64,000 bases of DNA from Eledone cirrhosa (GCA_964016885.1 OZ024740.1:383532001-383596000); one strand, 5' to 3'; positions 49,850-64,000 are shown, counted from the stretch's first letter. A program made the numbers and translations. Notes: a model not told the origin generated them from the letters alone.

Positions 49850-52212
49850 TAGGCACATGACTTTTTTACAACCCCATATCAGCATGCTATTTTCTAATGA
49901 GGTTTTTGTCATAAAGAAAGAATTACAGTAGGTTTTTTTGTAAATTTTGAAAAAGATTCTTGCACATACTAAATTATATTTTTTTATTTTGTGGTAATTA
50001 GCCAGTCCCATAAAATAAACCAATAAATTATGACAATAAATCATTTATTTTAATTATTGGTTAAACAAAATTTAATCTCTAAAGTTCTACTACTTATAAT
50101 GGCAAAAGGTCCTGCACAACTTTTACAGTTCGCTCAGCGCAAATGTTCGAGCGTTGGTTCACAAGTGGAGATTCTTCATAAGACCAACATTTTCTGAAGG
50201 TCTTTGCAGCTTTTTCACACTTGGCCTTAATTAGTTGGTCAATGAGTTTCTGCTTGCTGTCAGCTCTATACAGTTGACTTGAGAACCACATTTTTCCCCA
50301 CATTCCGCAGATTTATTCGGCACCAGCGCGCAGCTTCGCTCGTTCATCAGGCATCAAAATAAACCCAAGCAACAAATAAATTGCTCGGCTATTCCAACGA
50401 GCATTGTGCAAATTAGGTAATTTCTTAAAATTTATTTTAGGAAACGCACCGTTTTCAAAGAAATGTTGCATGGCTATCATGAGATGCTGAAGGAAATCCA
50501 TGTCACTTCTCCAGCGCGTCGGGTTTTCTTTAATTTCCGTCGTTCCATTTGAAAAGTTCTGCTTCAGTTCGTCATAGTTCTTTAAAATGGCTTCAACAAA
50601 GTAATAATTGATATATGGCGAAGTTGTTTTGTTACTTTCAATGCACGGTCTAAAATGTGGTGCTGGCATCCAACATATAATGGCTTGCTGTAACTGCGAC
50701 GCGCGAACTCACTGTTGAGCAGGGCAACAACTCCTGCCTTTTTGCCGGTATTGACACTACTAGTGTCGGAGACTATCATCATGATAGATTCCCGCAGTTC
50801 ATATTTGTCAATAACTTCTTTCAATCCATTAAATATAGTAAGAGCCTTTCAATCGGTTAATGCCATCAGCCTCAGGCGTATTTCTTTCTCATCATTTTTT
50901 ATCACTACAACCTGATATTCTACGTCTCTCATTCGTTTTCCATCAAAATGAAGGCTCCACTTTTCCATTTTGAGTTCATTTTTCCACTTTTTCACGAGTT
51001 TCTCACCTTTTCTGATAACTGCTTTGTGCACTGCCGACTGACTCGGGGTGCTCACCTTAATACCACAACTTTTAAATGCGTTGCAAACTGCTGCTACTTT
51101 TCTACTAGGTAATTTAGTATTTCTTACTAGGTTAACAGCATGAGCTGTGTTGTCTCTTTTTCGTTTTTCTTTCTGGTGAAGGTGAAGGTGAAGGTTTGTA
51201 ATCGTTGGTGTTTGTATCGGTGTCACAGTAACTTTCATTTGACTCCAGATGAATGTATGAGCAGGATGGCTCATCTTGATCTAGTTCTTGTTTTTTTGTT
51301 TTTAATTCTCTAAGAAGGATGGATTTTCTTTTTACTGTCTATTTTCATTGTAGTATAGCCATCCTTTCCACAACTCTCAACTTGCTTTTCATAAAATGAC
51401 AAATCTTCGACTGCTAACCATATCTCATATCTTTTTGTAATGTCAAACAGATTATTGAAATTCGCAGATCCCGGTCTTTTCACTTCTTTTTCCTTGTTTT
51501 TAAAATTATTTTTTCAATTTTTCGAGGTATTGAAAGTTTGTTGATAGTTGGAAAGCTGAACTTTTCCCATAAACTTTCACATTCTCCAGTAATTATCTTA
51601 ATTCTTTTTTTGGTATTTTTCTCTTCAGCAGCAAGAGTGATATATCTATCAACGATCTGTTGCTCAGTAGTTAGCTTGCATAATTCGATTAATGAACTTT
51701 GAATTTTCGTTTTCCTAGATATCTTTCTCTTCTCAAAATGACAAATACTGTGTGCCCAAATCTTTTTACTTTCCTCTTTAGCAACTGGATTTTTATACAT
51801 CTGAAATTTATAATATTAATATAATATAATTATAAATATTAAAAAATATTAATAAATATACCTCGCAAATTTTAATTTATTCTATATATGTATTTTATGA
51901 ATTTTATGAACAGATTAAACTGACAAATAAGTGATGAACAAGCAATAAAGTTGATCCATTAAACAATTTGATGAAGAATACTATATTTTATAAACTGTTA
52001 AATTGCGCATTATATTTTTATTACATACACACGTATATTGTATATGCAATTCTATATTAGTGAATCAATGTTAAAGAATCTACCTTGTGCAAGAGTTTTT
52101 TAAAATTATAATATTTTTTAACATGCTCAGAAGTATTTTCTAGTAAAAGTTCATCTGAAAATGGCATGCTCATTTATTTTTTTAACAAAAGTATACTTTA
52201 GGAATATGCCTA
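49850..52212 (-). mobile_element. hAT-superfamily (hATm-like) DNA transposon, full span, frameshifted transposase
   Basis: LHFDGK, DTSSVNTG, GCQHHILD, HNARWNSRAIY, SNICAERTVK; termini TAGGCACAT / ATATGCCTA; 8-bp TSD ATGTACAT (49842-49849) / ATATACAT (52213-52220). Confidence 0.82.
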
Positions 52213-52289
52213 ATATACATGTATATATATATACGTATAAATATATACATATATATATGTATATATATATATAGAGAGAGAGAGAGAGT

Positions 52290-54125
<1,836 letters not shown>

Positions 54126-54132
54126 TATAATG

Positions 54133-54669
54133 TTCTTCTTTTACGTCTCTCATAGTATTGTTCTGCAACCGCATGCATTGAACCACAAAGTTACTAAGGC
54201 AAAACCTATATATTTGCTAGCATAAGTATGCATCTGTGTATATATATGTTACTAGATATACTATTTCTTTATAATTATCTCCAAATTATTTGTCGAGCAA
54301 AAATTGGCCAAAACTGCTGCTATAGTAACAGTCCGGTTGCTGTCTTCTTAACAAACCACTCTCCACTGATTGACCGCGATGTCACGTGATTGATTCTTTT
54401 GAATTTGCCACCGACGCAGTAGGCAGTGATTTTCTCAATGGCTTGGAATTTAGTCCACGCTTTGCTTTTTTCCATCCACTGAATTATTTTTGTATAAGTT
54501 CCCTGTGTCCACGTATTGCCTGGAAACTTAGCTGAGAATAGACTTCCCTGATGACGAAAGGCTTCTCCTTACGCTTCTTCGGAAAGTATATTTATTCCCT
54601 TTCAGAAACTAATTAGTTGGGAGTGAAATTTTAGTAAGTAAGTTAATTTTATAATTTTCTTATTTTACG

Positions 54670-54678
<9 letters not shown>
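54133..54678 (+). mobile_element. 524-bp non-coding unit with 22-nt terminal direct repeat and hammerhead-like core
   Basis: TTCTT(C/A)TTTTACGTCTCTCATA at 54133-54154 and 54657-54678; CTGATGA-stem-GAAA at 54548-54585; followed by (TA)n. Confidence 0.5.
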
Positions 54679-54756
<78 letters not shown>

Positions 54757-55524
54757 TATACCAAGATATTAAATAAATGGAAACTATATTTATAAAACCA
54801 TATTTATTTTATTATATATATTTCAAGGGCATACAAGACTACTTGGTGCGCTTTCATCAGATAACATACAAAGTGTGTTTTATAAATAAAGACATATCCA
54901 CGTTAATCAAACCTTATCGGTTGGAAATTCATTGGTTAGTGGAAACATATTAAGGGTTATTCATAGTTATGTGTGAATAAGCAAATGAATGCGTAAATAA
55001 TTGAAAAAAACAACCGTTTATTTAAATGACGCTGGCGAAAGAGAGGTAAGAAAGAGAGAAAGAAAAAAATATTATTTTGACATGGAGAGAGAGAAGAAAT
55101 TTACAAGAGGATGAACAAAAGTCATGTAACGTAAATAAGTTTTAAGTTTATATCTAGTAATGATACGTATATTTAATATTAAATTGTTGATAGAATTCTT
55201 TTCTAATATAATATAATATTTACTATTATAAGTAGATAGAGAAAATATATATATATAGAAAAATATAACGGCGATGAATTAGTTTTGCGAGGTTTTTGAT
55301 ATGAAATCGTGTGTCGAAACAAATATTTTTATACTTGGGGAGGGTCATATTTGTGTAATCTTGCCAGAATTAATAACAGAACACACTCACTGTTTGGTTG
55401 GTTTTCGCTTTTCGCTTCTGTGTCTTTTATATCGGTAATCTAATTTATTAGGTCCTCAATGTTGACATTGACTGACCAACGGTAAAAAATAATACAGATA
55501 GCCACAAACACATATATATAGTTT

Positions 55525-55566
55525 ATCAAAGTTCTTTCGTTGCACATCTGCAACATCGTCAGTGGT
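55525..55566 (-). ncRNA. Minimal type I hammerhead ribozyme (family B, 3' pLTR)
   Basis: ACCA-CTGACGA-T-GTTGCA-GATG-TGCAAC-GAAA-G(AA)CT-T-TGAT; one stem I mismatch. Confidence 0.82.
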
Positions 55567-55849
55567 GCTATTGTTTCCTCCCGTTACATTGTATGTCTAC
55601 GTCATCTTTATTTAGTCTGTTTATATATTTATTTATTTATTTGTTTGTTTATTTTATTTTGTCTTCTCTGCGCATGCGTTTGCGTGTGTGTATAGTGTTT
55701 TGTTTGATGTGTGTTCGTGACTGGGTGACTGTGTATTGGTTAATGTATTCTATCTTTACTAGTGTGTGTTTATATGTGTTTGTTGTTATTGTGCTTGTGT
55801 ATGTATTTATTTATTTATTTATCTATTTATTTATTTATTTATACTTCTC

Positions 55850-58800
55850 TTAGGTCAGTATTGTTTGTTTGGGTGTTGTTGTTATTCCATTCATTTTTTC
55901 TGTTTAGTCTTGGCCTTCTAAGTTCTATTTCACTGGTCTCTCTGATTTACCTATCTGCTGGGTCATTTCTATGTTTAGATATTATTCTAATTTCTATGTT
56001 GTGTCTGTTACCGTCGTGTTGTTGTCTGGCATGTTCGTATAGTACTGACCCGTATTTTCGTCCTTTTAGTTCTCCCCAGTGTTGGTCTATTCTTTCACCT
56101 ATGCTACGAGCTGTCTCGCCTATGTATGTTATTGTCATGTTTCTGCAAGTACCCTCTGTACATCTTATGCTATAGACTACGTTTCTAGTTTTACAGTTTA
56201 TCCGGGGGTTTACCTTACATATGATACATTTCCTATTAGTACAGTGGGTTTTCTTAAAAGGGTAGGTTTTGCTGATCAGGGATTTTATGGTGGTTCCTGG
56301 CTTTTCTACCACCTTAATCTTTAAGTGTGTCTTTCTCAGGGCCTTTCTACACTGGTTAGCTAATTATCCTCCAGGGGTAGCGTCCACAAACATGACACTC
56401 TGGTATCTCTGGTTGTCGTACCATGAAGTGGCTTTCCCTATCTTATGTCTAGCCCTATCTAAGCTATTCCATGATTTGCTCCTGTATAATGGGCAAATTC
56501 CTTTCATGTTCAGTTCTATGAGGGTCTTATACTTCTCCATGGCTCCTTCGTATACTCTGACTCTGTCTCGTTGGTTGTAGCCAGAGAACTGCATGCGGTT
56601 GATGAAGTGTTGGATGTGTCTTTCCATTTCTGTTGGGTCGCACATGCGGGACACATTCTTCATCACTCGTACCAAATCTGCGATCAGAATATTAAACTTA
56701 GCACTACTGGACATTGCTGAGTTTTTGAGTATCAGGTATTTGGAGGCCATGGGTTTAGCATAGTGTGATTGGAGAATTTGGGCTCTCTCGTCTATAGTGT
56801 TAATCCAGAGTTCCGTGTCTAATACAGGTAGTCTACTGTTAGGGTGTTTGGAAGGGTAGTCGATAGTTACAGTTATACTCTGGTGTATGGATTTAGCTAT
56901 CTGCTGGATGCTTTCCATTGTGCAACGTTCTAAATCAAACTTGTTAGTGCTCTCTAGTGGGGATGTTCTTATAACTATATTGATATCGTCTACGTAACGA
57001 GAGTACATGATGAGGTCTATGGAGCTCTCATTAAGGAGATCTTTAAGTCTCCTTTCCCACCACACCATAAAAAGGTTGGCAACATCACCAGCTATGCTGA
57101 CGCCAATGGCTGCTCCCTCATTTTGGGTGTAGAACTTCTCGTTGAACTTGAATATGTGGCCCTTTAGGGTAGTTTTGATGCTAGCTCCTATTGCATGTGC
57201 GACCATTTTTCTTACCTGATCATTGTTTTGGGGGATCCGTATAGCTTTGGTCCACCCAATCCACTTTCCCATGGGAGTCTTTTTTGCCATTGAGGTTATG
57301 GTGGGGGGTCTACCTCTTATGGGTCTACTAGGGCAGAAACGTCTAAGGTCCTGGCTGTCTAAGTAGTCAGTGTCGTAGGTAAGTCTAAGTAGGAGGCCCA
57401 GTTCGTCTGTGTCGATGTCGCAGAACTCCACCTCACTCTCAATGCTCTCAATGATCATCTCCACACATTTTTCCACAGCAAAATCAATGTTAATGGATGG
57501 GTACAGTGATACCACATCCATGCTGCCTATTATGTAGTTGGATAGGTTCCTGTTTTTGTTGCACTCACTGATTCTGCTGAGGAGGTCCTCTGTACTGTCA
57601 CATACATCTGGGGACATCTTGATTATGGGGCGTATAACCATTGAGAGGAAGTAGGAGATCCGGTAGTTGCTAGCTATATTAGCTCCGCATACGGGTCTTG
57701 TTGGTGGTCCTGTTCTCGGGTTGTCGACTGTCTTGTAGTCTTTGCGGAGCCCATACAAGGGTGGTATGCCATTGTTAGACGCCTGGAAGTTGTTGGCATT
57801 GTGTCTGCTTGGCTTTAGGATGTCAGTCCACATCATCATGTGAGCGTTGAGGATTTTCTCTCTCCCATCATGTGTTTGCTGTGCAATTTCGGTCGTGTTG
57901 GTGATGTGGGGTTACATAGCCTTGATGTAGTTCGGCATGCTATCTACTGACATCCTACCCGACTTATCCGTGGGTAGACATACTACCTCACCATCCCTTG
58001 TGCGCTGCTTGAGGCTAACCAAGCCTTCTACAGGTTTCCTCCCAAGTTGTTGGGCCTCTGGTCTGCTCTGTCTCTTAGTATACCGGTCTACTATTTGTCT
58101 AATCTTATTTCTAGCTATGGTGAACTGTGCCTCTGTCTCGTCATCTATTTGTTGTGGTATGCAAACTCTTTTATTAAAGGGTAACCTCGTAGGATAGATA
58201 TTACCCATCTTATATGTTTTGTCAGCTGGGTTGAAAAATAGTTTCTCTAAGGGGTTGTCATTATATATATCGTCACAGTTGTGTGTGTTGCTATTATTGT
58301 TATTATGGTGGTTGTTGTTGTTCCTATCATTAGCATTATTATTATTGTTATGATTGCTAGATGTATTGTTGCTGTGATTTTTGTTTACTTCACCGTTATT
58401 GTTGTTGTTACTGTTATTTCTACCATTGTGGTTGTTACTTTTATTATGTTTCTTGTTTTTGTTGTGTCTATCATTAATGTTGCTACATGTATTATTTCCA
58501 TTATTACCACTGTCGTTGTTGTTGTTGTTGTTGTTCGTATTGTTACCGTTATTACTAATGTGGTCGCTGCTGCTGTGTCTGTGGTTAATGTTTCTATTAT
58601 TATTACTTTGCCTTTCATCCTTCCGGGGTCGATAGAATAAAGTACCAGTAATGCATTAGGTAATTGCTGGCCTTGTGCCAAAAGTAGAAACAATTATTAT
58701 TATTATTGTGGTTGTTATTGTTGTTCTGTCTATCGTTCGTATTATTACCATTATTACTATTTCTCACTCTCCTGCTATTGTTATTGTTGTGGCTGTTGTT

Positions 58801-59601
58801 TCTATACTCAGAGTTATTGTTTATATTACTACTACCGTTATTATTGTTGTTGTTGTTGTTTACTTTTGCATTCCAAAGTATTTTTGTGAAAGACTTTTCC
58901 AGCTCCGTTTTGCACTCAATAGGGATAATCTTTTTGTAGATGGCAAATGTTGGTGGTAGCTGCAGGATTTCTTGTTCTTGTTCACTGATTAAAGTGTTCC
59001 CATAAATATTTACTGTGTGGTCATTGGTAAATTCTTCCGGTAGTTTTACATCCGTCATACGGATATCGTTGATGTTATCTGGGCATTTTTGAGAATATTC
59101 TATTTTACTTTCTTGTAGTTTTTTCTGATTCATCCATTCTAATTTCTTATTGAAATGGCTATTGCATTCGTTTCGGGCGTATTTCGTTTCACGTCGGATG
59201 ACGCTCATGAAGTCACCCCTTTCGTTTGGTGTGGTGAGATTTTGGACATCCTTACCGTTAATGCGTTTCTGTCTGTAAAGTTCGTTGACTTTTGTGTATG
59301 ATGTTCTTTTCGTATTAACTGTTATTGTGTGTTTTAGTCGTTCAGCTTGTGTTTTGTTCAATAATAAATTATTTACTTGTTTTGATATGTTTGTTGTGTA
59401 TATTTTGGAGGAAAAACAGTGTTTTAAGAAGCGGATTTGTTCTGTTGTTATTGTAGTTTTTATATAACAGAAAACAGTGTCTTTCAATAACCTTTCAGCT
59501 TGGCACAAGCTAATGCCATAATGGCGATGAATTAGTTTTGCGAGGTTTTTGATATGAAATTGTGTTTCGAAACAAATATTGTTATACTTGGGGAGGGTCA
59601 T
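55850..59601 (-). pseudogene. PLE family B polyprotein (N-terminal domain, Asn-rich tract, RT, GIY-YIG), disrupted
   Basis: Starts MTLPKYNN; SINE inserted at 58606; premature TAA at 57912 and 56364; SMDVVSLYPSI, YSRYVDD, YIGETARSIGER. The 3' end of the ORF is approximate. Confidence 0.88.
58606..58705 (+). mobile_element. 5'-truncated octopus-type SINE inserted antisense in the PLE ORF
   Basis: CTTTGCCTTTCATCCTTCCGGGGTCGATAG...GTAGAAACA(ATT)n inside an (ATT)n tract. Confidence 0.9.
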
Positions 59602-59784
59602 ATTTGTGTAATATTGCCAGAATTATTAACAGAATACACTCACTGTTTGGTTGGTTTTCGCTTTTCGCTTCTGTGTCTTTTATATCGGTAATCTAATTTA
59701 TTCGGTCCTCAATGTTGCCATTGACTAACCAAAGGTAAAAAATAATACAGATACAATATAGACACAAACACATATATATAGTTT

Positions 59785-59826
59785 ATCAAAGTTCTTTCGT
59801 TGCACATCTGCAACATCGTCAGTGAT
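59785..59826 (-). ncRNA. Minimal type I hammerhead ribozyme (family B, 5' pLTR)
   Basis: ATCA-CTGACGA-T-GTTGCA-GATG-TGCAAC-GAAA-G(AA)CT-T-TGAT; all stems intact. Confidence 0.88.
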
Positions 59827-60574
59827 GCTATTGTTTCCTCCCGTTACATTGTAAATATATATAAAAGATTAGATAGAACAATAACTCATTTTGTCAAAGA
59901 TATAAATGTTCAAAGATCTATTTAGCCTAAATTAGTTATTGGTTAAAAATCAATAAATTATTAAAAAATAAATTATTAAAAAATATTAAAAATATTAAAT
60001 ATTCTGGAAAATTAAAAAAAATTTTCAGAAAATATTTTAAAAATATTTAAACAATATTTAAAAAATATTTGAAAAACCTTCAAAAATTTTTTTTTTAATA
60101 AGTAATTTGATTTTAAAATAAGTAATTTACAAAAAAAAAAAGTAATTTTTTGAAAAAAAGTAATTTTTTGAAAAAATAAGTAATTTTAAAATATATGAAA
60201 TAAAAAAAAAAAAATATGAAAAATGAAACATTTAAGAAGTAAGAGATAAGGATTTAAGAAGTAAAGGATAAAGAATTAAGAAACCTTAAAAAATATTAGA
60301 ATTAAATTTAAAATTAAAAATTAAAATTTAAAAGTTTAGGATCATATACGTATATAATTTAGGAGATTTTAATAAGTGAAATTATAAGAAGTGAAATTAT
60401 ATCAAACAATATATGGTTGCCCTTCAAATATTTATAATAAAATAAATATGGTTTTATAAATATAGTTTCCATTTATTTAATATCTTGGAATATCTACTCC
60501 ACTAAACTGTTGAGTGTTCTAAATCAGTTATAAGCATTTATGTTTGTCGGAATTCCAACAAATTAAATACAAAT

Positions 60575-60649
<75 letters not shown>

Positions 60650-60654
60650 GCATG

Positions 60655-61007
60655 TAGAAGGTAAACAGAAATAACAAAACCAATTGGTACAGTATATGGA
60701 AGGGATATATTAGGGTAACGCTTGATATAGCAGGAAGAGAGTCTTAACGTTTCGGACGCTAGTCCTTCATCAGAAGAAAGAATGAGAAATAAGATAGATT
60801 GAGGGGACGGGCGGGATGGAGTTGGAAAAAATGTCTATCGATAAAAATTACAGGTCCATTCATGATGACATCTCTTGCAAAACTGTTGGTGCTGGCGTTT
60901 TGTGTATGATTTATATTTCCGAAAAGTGGATGATGGAGTGCGTCTACATGAAATGGAAAAATAAACCGTTTTGTAAAAAGACCTATATTTGAGCCCGTGC
61001 ATAAGCA

Positions 61008-61051
<44 letters not shown>

Positions 61052-62255
61052 TGTGTGTTTTATTATACGTCCGTATGAAGCTAAGAAGAAATGTATGTGT
61101 ATATGTGAGTAAAATAGTGTGTGTGCATGTAAGTACGAAGCTATGATCAATAGTATGTTAATATAAGGGTGTGTATGTGTGTATACAGAGCAGTGAAGGG
61201 CAAAGTGGAGTGAGCATATATAGTCGGCATGTATTAGTTGTAAGAGAAACTGCTAATGATCAAGAGATAGCGATAGGAATCTAGGGGTGTGATAATGGAC
61301 GGGGTATTAGAGAAATTGGAGAGATGAGTTGAGTCCAAGAGGGGAATATGAACCAAGGCTGTGAATCAGACTTTGTTCAGTCCTGGTGCGCGAGGCCTGT
61401 GATCCATGATGTAAAAGGACACCCAGGACTGAAGCATGTATTGAAGAATGAGCAGAACAGAAATGACGCGCGACAAGAATATCCAAACCGAGTCCTATGT
61501 CCCTCACATGTTCGGCAAAGCGGTCCGCCATACGGCGTCCCGTTTGTCCGATATTAAAAGAACCGCAAAGCGAAAACCGGAGGGCATAGACAACGTGGGT
61601 GGATGTGCAGGTGAAGGAATGGCGGATACGGAAATACCCGTTAGGGCCTGTAAGAGTCGTGAGGTGGAAATAAAGGGACAAGTGTTGCAGCGGGAACGGG
61701 AACAAGGATGAGAGCCAGGTAGAGTCGTGGGAGAGGACGAAAAGGAACGGCGAACCAGGAGGTCGCGGAGGTAGCGGGTGCACTTAAAAGCAGTAATGGG
61801 TGAATTTGGAAAAAAGTGAGAAGTGACGGGGTCAGAAAAGAGGATACGGAAGGAACGGAGGATATGTCACCGGAGCGGTAGAGTGATGGTGTGGTAGGTA
61901 AGAGGGAAAGGGACACGGTGTTGGGAGGGCGGGGTTGAGGTGAGAGGGCTGTTGTGCGGTCTGATTCACGGGCGCGGGTGAGAGCAGCTTCGCTCAGGGG
62001 GTGGGGGATATCCACGCTGGATGAAGGAGGAAGCCATGTCAAGGGAATGGGTTTCGAAATCGTCGTCCTGGCTACATAGTCGACGAAGACGGAGGAATTG
62101 GGAATAGGGCATGGAGTGTTTGGTGTGGGTTGGAGGGGAGGAGGCGAAGTCGAGGTAAGTTTGGGAATCTGTTGGTTTAATGAAGATGGAATTAGAGAGG
62201 GTGTCGTGAGAGTGATTAATAGATAGAGAGATGAGAGGCAAAATGGAAACATGAC
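60655..62255 (-). mobile_element. Neptune-like PLE, 5'-truncated
   Basis: IFIKPTDSQTYLDFASSPPTHTKHSMPYSQFLRLRRLCS; FTCTSTHVVYAL...CGSFNIGQTGRRMADRFAEH...LGSYSPLGLN; pLTR with HHR ends next to (CA)n(TA)n. Confidence 0.88.
60742..60777 (-). ncRNA. Minimal type I hammerhead ribozyme (Neptune-like pLTR)
   Basis: TCTT-CTGATGA-A-GGAC-TAGC-GTCC-GAA-ACGT-T-AAGA. Confidence 0.87.
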
Positions 62256-63139
62256 AATTTAATATTTCAACTGATAAATAATTTAAGCCAGTTAAATTCA
62301 TCAGGAAATACAGTGTAGTAGAAATATGTGAAAGTCTGTTATGGATGTAAAAGTTCTCGAATTGACTGATCCCAGTTACTTTTAGTTTGACATTTGAGAC
62401 TCCAAACAGAGATCATGATTTAGTAATAATATTCCGGAGAAAATAGGCTATATCTGTTTTATTGTTGTCAACAAATGCAATCAGTAAGACGGCTGTCATA
62501 GTTCCTTACTACAGTCATTTGGTAATTCCTCATGGCCAGTCCGTAACTTAACTTGATTTCAAGAAAACAGTCATTTCCAACTGACAATTCTAACTAACGC
62601 ATTTAAACGAATTTAAAGTTAGTTGTCTGAAAATGAGAATTTAATTTAATATCATGTGAGTTTAAGAAAATCCTATTCGGTTAAACTGTCGTTTATCACG
62701 CACACTAATTTAATATTTCTATACCTAGATACATGAGATATACATGTCGCAATACTCACATATATTCACACAAACGCAAACACACATTTAAACAAACATT
62801 ATGTGTGTGAGAGATATTCTATACAATGTATACTTAATCTTATTAGATATTTGGCTTATTTATTATATGTAGGACCCATTTTCTCTTTCTTAATTTCTAA
62901 CACATTATTCTGTACTATTCTTCTGACTTATTGCGTTATCATTGAAAGCATATATGTTTCGTTCGATGCAGTTTTGATCTACACTAATTACAGCGCTGTT
63001 TATATCATTATAACTTGCTCGTGTTGCAAACAGATTCATACACTTCCTCTTTTCATCTCTTTCTCTTTCCACTCATTGTACACACTTACACTTTCATACA
63101 TGCATGCACAGCCATATACATTCATGCGTACATGTTAAT

Positions 63140-63150
63140 GTGTATATATG

Positions 63151-63227
<77 letters not shown>

Positions 63228-63236
63228 AGATACATG

Positions 63237-63278
<42 letters not shown>

Positions 63279-63289
63279 CAGAAACACAA

Positions 63290-63322
<33 letters not shown>

Positions 63323-63603
63323 AACACAAATACATAAACCATACACGCACACATATCTGACATTCTAGCAAAATAGACGTCATCACATGCATAATCTGAT
63401 CAAGATATCAAGGACCTCAAGTATGGAGTTTATAGGTATTGATTGTAACATATTAGAAGATACATTATGAGGATCTCCGATTCGATAGCCACACACACAT
63501 GTGTATATTTACACATCCGTGTATATTTATTTATATATATATATATATCTATATCTATATATACATATACATATATACATATATATGTATATATATATTT
63601 ATA

Positions 63604-63672
<69 letters not shown>
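63140..63672. repeat. Compound (TA)n/(CA)n microsatellite cluster
   Basis: Direct reading. Confidence 0.95.
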
Positions 63673-63680
<8 letters not shown>

Positions 63681-64000
63681 TACACGGGTGTGTATGATTG
63701 TGTATAGAAGATTATATTAATAAAACGAATTCCAACTTTGTCTGATTTACTCGTTTCATTTACAATCCTTTAAAATTATAATTATATTATAATGAAAAGT
63801 ATGGTAGAATATTAAATGTTAAATGTTCAAGTACTTTCAAGTAATTTCATGCATTCGCAATCTTCAGATTCATATTCAGTGGTGACAGTCAAGTTTGCAA
63901 TTTTCAACTGTAATGAGATGGCTAAAATCTGTGCCTTATATACAGTTAAAAGGGGGTACAGAATGCTTTTTGAAAACTGTATTTCGACCAATCGGGGTGT

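Larger units (their letters stand above)
55265..59853 (-). mobile_element. Penelope-like element, PLE family B, full length with direct pLTRs (55265-55593 / 59518-59853)
   Basis: ~330-bp near-identical direct repeats, each containing an HHR and the first ~28 codons; RT + GIY-YIG between them. Confidence 0.93.
54761..60577. repeat. Outer fold-back (70-bp arms 54761-54830 / 60418-60488) enclosing the family B PLE
   Basis: CCAAGATATTAAATAAATGGAAACTATATTTATAAAACCATATTTATTTTATTATA is mirrored at 60432-60488; (TA)n on the left, (CA)n on the right. Confidence 0.75.

Noticed and set aside
54835-54870. Minus-strand CTGATGA in the outer fold-back arm
   Set aside because: No GAAA or stem III follows.
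55947-58208. Selenocysteine or read-through recoding in the PLE ORF (as in Naiad elements)
   Set aside because: The in-frame stops are TAA at positions where family A has Gln or Glu; this is ordinary decay, and the endonuclease is C-terminal.
59940-60400. Extremely AT-rich short imperfect repeats as an organellar control-region insert
   Set aside because: No adjacent mitochondrial genes or tRNAs; it lies inside a fold-back element.

Overview
AT-rich eukaryotic DNA, most likely from an octopod cephalopod. This is judged from octopus-type tRNA-derived SINEs and dense (TA)n/(CA)n/(TATG)n microsatellites, and cannot be proven here. The window is almost entirely nested, mostly decayed transposable elements. 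No intact host gene is seen, only a weak candidate exon pair at 12.3-12.8 kb. Left half (0.9-31 kb): R4/Dong-clade RT+RLE retrotransposons sitting in (TATG)n arrays, bipartite non-autonomous RTE derivatives with (TATG)n tails, CRE-like fragments, Tc1/mariner relics and SINEs. Right half (35-62 kb): several unrelated Penelope-like element (PLE) families with C-terminal GIY-YIG nucleases and minimal hammerhead ribozymes (HHRs), plus one hAT element, all packed into (TA)n arrays. Most notable signal: PLE-type insertions from about six sequence families are fold-backs with an element 3' end at both junctions. The two ends are consistently asymmetric, one short and one 40-90 nt longer, and where a family has several copies they stop at recurring nucleotides. 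In families A and B the 3' ends run past the ribozyme into the ORF start. This suggests two-site twin priming in the palindromic (TA)n target from a read-through or circular RNA. Family names (A, B, C) are my labels; boundaries were read by eye and are approximate.
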